From: an uncultured Armatimonadia bacterium | GTDB lineage: Bacteria > Armatimonadota > Zipacnadia > CAVVLO01 | Length of the DNA stretch: 64,000 nucleotides | NCBI GenBank assembly: GCA_963749155.1 | Contig: CAVVLO010000002.1 | Span: 864,001-928,000 of the forward strand | Direction of reading: 5' to 3' | In this document: positions 61,231 through 64,000 of the stretch, in pieces | Layout: every line of letters begins with the position of its first letter | Position numbering within the stretch: position 1 is the stretch's first letter | Notes under the pieces: model-generated | Seen by the model: only the letters and a program-made list of their open reading frames with translations | The model's database searches: none | What the model was told of the DNA's origin: nothing | Made by a program: the position numbers and the translations under genes

Positions 61231-61307
61231 CCCAGTCTGCCAATAGCCTGTCAGCGCGCCCAGGCCAGGTTAGTATGAGAGAAGCCCCCTGCCTTCGTCA
61301 AGGAAGG

Positions 61308-62802
61308 CTAACCTTTGGCCTCAGCCACTTTTTCGACCTCGGCCAGGATAATTTCGGGACTTCTCCTGCTTATATAATCTACCACGGCTTCGGGTGAAAG
61401 CACGACCTCATCCAGATAATCGGGGATTGCGACCGGCCAGCCGAGTTCACGATGCAGCAAGCTTCCAAGGGTCGCAGCCGGCGCTGGCTCTCCGTGAGTA
61501 ATAAAGGCGCCCTTTACTCCCTGAATGTGACGCGCCCAGTCCAGCAAAGCCGGTTGGTCGGCATGCGCGGATAGTGCCTCCACGGTTTCGATGCTGGCCT
61601 TGACCGGTATCTCGGTTCCGTAAATCTTTACCGTCTCCGCGCCTTCCACCAGTTTGCGTCCCAGTGTACCCTGGGCCTGGTATCCAACGAAAACCACAAT
61701 ATCCTTCGCGTGTTGCAGATGATGTTTCAGGTGGTGGATGATACGCCCCCCTGTGCACATCCCGCTGCCGGCGATTATTACCGCTGCGCCTGTAATATCA
61801 TTGAGTTGCTTTGACTCTTCGACGCTCTGGATCATCCGAAGCCCTGGGAAATCTAGCGGCATATCACGCTTCAGGATAAGCTCGAGCGCCTCTTTGTCAT
61901 AGCAATCGGTATGCCTGGCAAAAACCGCCGTTGCTTTCTGGGCCAGCGGGCTGTCAAGGTAGACGGGCATCCTGGGGATGCGCCCCTGCTCGATAAGAGT
62001 ATTCAAGGTATAAAGCAGATGCTGCGAACGACCCACCGCGAAAGCCGGAATAAGTACATGCCTGCCGTGGGCATGAGCCTCTAGGCAGCAGTTGCTCGAA
62101 ATAGGTTGTGAAATCAACACCGGCCGGATGCACCCGATCGCCATAGGTGCCCTCCATTACTACATAATCGGCCTGAGAGATATACTCCGGGTCGCGTATG
62201 ATAGGCCGGTCGCGTGAACCGAGGTCGCCGGAGAAAGCCAGCTTCAGTTGCTGCCCCTCGCACTCGAGCTCCAGCTCCAGCTCCGCCGCGCCCAGGATGT
62301 GCCCTGCATCTCGAAAGGTACAAGTGACCCCTGGCGCCACAGAGAAACGCTGGTTATATGGCTTGGGGTTGAACAAAGCCAGCGCCGGCGGCACCTGGTC
62401 CTGAGTGTAAAGCGGATCAGGCGCGGGTGTAGAGCGCTTGCCCTGGCGCCACTTCTTTAATTCATACTCGGCGTCTTCTTCCTGCAGCTTGGCGCTATCG
62501 AGTAACATTGGTTCCAGTAAATCAGCAGTTGCCGCGGTCGCAAAAATCGGCCCTTTGAAGCCTTCCTTGACGAAGTTGGGCACCATACCCGAGTGGTCGA
62601 GATGGGCGTGAGTGATTATCAGGGCGTCGACAGTGGAAGGTTCTACCGGCCAGTTAACCCGATTTTGTTCGCGAAGATGCCAGGCACCCTGAAAGAGGCC
62701 ACAGTCTACCAGCACGCGCGCGCCAGGGCAGTCGATCAGATACTTGGACCCTGTAACCGCCTGGCTGGCACCGAAGAACTTCAACTTCACCTGGTTGCTC
62801 AT
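61308..62802 (-). CDS. Metallo-beta-lactamase/beta-CASP RNase (+1 frameshift near 62084)
   Basis: VTGS, DCGLFQG, THAHLDHSG, AGHILG, FSGDLG, EGTYGDR | IPAFAVGRSQ, SGMCTGGRI, LSAHAD, HGE. Confidence 0.88.
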
Positions 62803-63380
62803 TAGCCGTCCACCCTTGGTGGTAAATACGCTATACCTAGTGCTACACGTTGCAGATACCTGTTCAGCAGTTCTTCCATCAATTTGGCTGGGTCGTCATT
62901 GAAGACAACCTCTGCGCCCGTATCTTTGTTGGTGATGCTGAGGACTGTGGCGATGTGGTCAGCGACCCCGCCCGTACCGGTGAGCGCCCCAATCAACTTG
63001 CCCTCGTCATAGGCGATCGCAAACTCGCCCAGGGTACCTGTCCGGCCCCCAATCAGAGTCACGATATCGCAGGTACGCACTATTTCTATCTCTCGCCCCA
63101 TCAAGCCGCTGCCGGTATAAATCAGCACGTCATAAGGCTCATAGGGTGAGTGATACCTGGTGATGTGCTCCGAGAGCGAAAGTCCGGGCGAGATGCCCAC
63201 CACCAGTGCTCCCAGCTCTTTCGCGCCCAGCACCGCCTCGTGTGGCAGGCCAGGACAGGCTCCAGTCACCAGCACACAATCGCGCAAGGCCACTTCTCTG
63301 CCCAGTTGTCGCGCTTTATTGCGGGTAGTTTCGGACAGCTCACCGCCAGCCGAACCCATTACTCCAACTTTTACCTTCAA
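62802..63380 (-). CDS. LOG/SLOG-family nucleotide-binding protein (TIGR00725-like)
   Basis: VGVMGS, LVTGAC, GRxxxIV, GGRTGTLGE. Confidence 0.8.
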   Translation of the reverse strand: MKVKVGVMGSAGGELSETTRNKARQLGREVALRDCVLVTGACPGLPHEAVLGAKELGALVVGISPGLSLSEHITRYHSPYEPYDVLIYTGSGLMGREIEIVRTCDIVTLIGGRTGTLGEFAIAYDEGKLIGALTGTGGVADHIATVLSITNKDTGAEVVFNDDPAKLMEELLNRYLQRVALGIAYLPPRVDG

Positions 63381-63409
63381 AAGAATCTTCTCCGAGACCA
63401 GCGATAAGA

Positions 63410-64000
63410 CTAACGACCCTGCCCGCCCAAAAAAGCTTTGAGTTTTTTCAGTGCGCTGCGCTGCAGGCGCGAAACATGCATCTGGCTACAATTGAGTCGT
63501 CTGGCCACATCCGCCTGGGAGAGGCCCTGGTAATAGCGGAAGATGACGACCTGGCGTTCTTTGTCTCCCAGCCTGAGTAGTGCCCGAGCAAAGAAATCTC
63601 GGTCGGCCATCACTTCAAGGGCTGGATCGTTTTCGCCAATCAGCTCCGTCAGGCTGATAGTCTCGTCATCCGAGCGTTCCAGTTCGAGTGAGCCAACCTT
63701 GTAGTAGTTGCCAAGTTCCATTGCTTCGAGCAATTCTTCCAGGCTTACCTCAAGGGCTTTGGCCAGTTCTTCAGGGCGGGGAGAACGCCCAGAGGCCTGC
63801 TCCAGCTCCTCGGCTACACGACGCATCCTGTAGCTGAGCTCCTGCAGCCTGCGCGGTACGCGGATGACCCAGGCCTTGTCGCGCAGATGGCGACGCAACT
63901 CGCCCAGGATGGTAGTCGTTGCGAAGGTCGAAAACTTCGCGCCAACAGAAGCATCAAAGCGCTCTATAGCGCCCAGCAGTCCGAGCATCCCAACCTGTTC
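63410..64000 (-). CDS. SigB/SigF/SigG-family sigma factor (5' end outside the window)
   Basis: EQVGMLGLLGAIERFD, FSTFATTTILGELRRHLRD, IRVPRRL, SQMHVSRL. Confidence 0.9.
   Translation of the reverse strand, partial: EQVGMLGLLGAIERFDASVGAKFSTFATTTILGELRRHLRDKAWVIRVPRRLQELSYRMRRVAEELEQASGRSPRPEELAKALEVSLEELLEAMELGNYYKVGSLELERSDDETISLTELIGENDPALEVMADRDFFARALLRLGDKERQVVIFRYYQGLSQADVARRLNCSQMHVSRLQRSALKKLKAFLGGQGR

Noticed and set aside
1..64000. Prophage, IS or integron
   Set aside because: No integrase, transposase, terminase, capsid or attC-like repeats seen. Uniform strand use fits ordinary co-oriented operons.

Overview
A 64-kb bacterial chromosome segment in which every credible gene is on the minus strand. 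The mix of an outer-membrane secretin, a PASTA kinase-like protein, a SigB/F-type sigma factor and DUF1559-like pilins suggests a diderm Terrabacteria lineage such as Armatimonadota (inference). In transcription order (right to left): a housekeeping block (sigB-like, LOG-family, beta-CASP RNase, AI-2E transporter, alaS, ruvX, mltG, U32, yqeG, aroE); a ~30-kb type IVa pilus locus (pilB, pilT, pilC, pilD, two pilins, very large PilV/PilW/PilX-like minor pilins, two ~1,700-aa secreted proteins, pilM/N/O/P, a stand-alone secretin-N protein, pilQ); aroC-aroK-aroB; a PASTA pseudokinase/ECF sigma/anti-sigma/VIT-VWA/DUF4139 module with two exact GGAACTT-N16-GTCnnA promoters; an operon of a Thr-type sulfatase-like enzyme, a glycoside hydrolase, an ADH and queF; and a tandem array of small paralogous zinc-ribbon membrane proteins. 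About ten single-base frameshifts break otherwise intact genes and are probably sequencing errors. The strongest candidates for new biology are the giant pilus-associated proteins sharing a repeated 'YxVDYxxGxlxF...vxVxY' module, the pseudokinase-ECF module and the small-protein array. No tRNA, rRNA, CRISPR or mobile element was seen.
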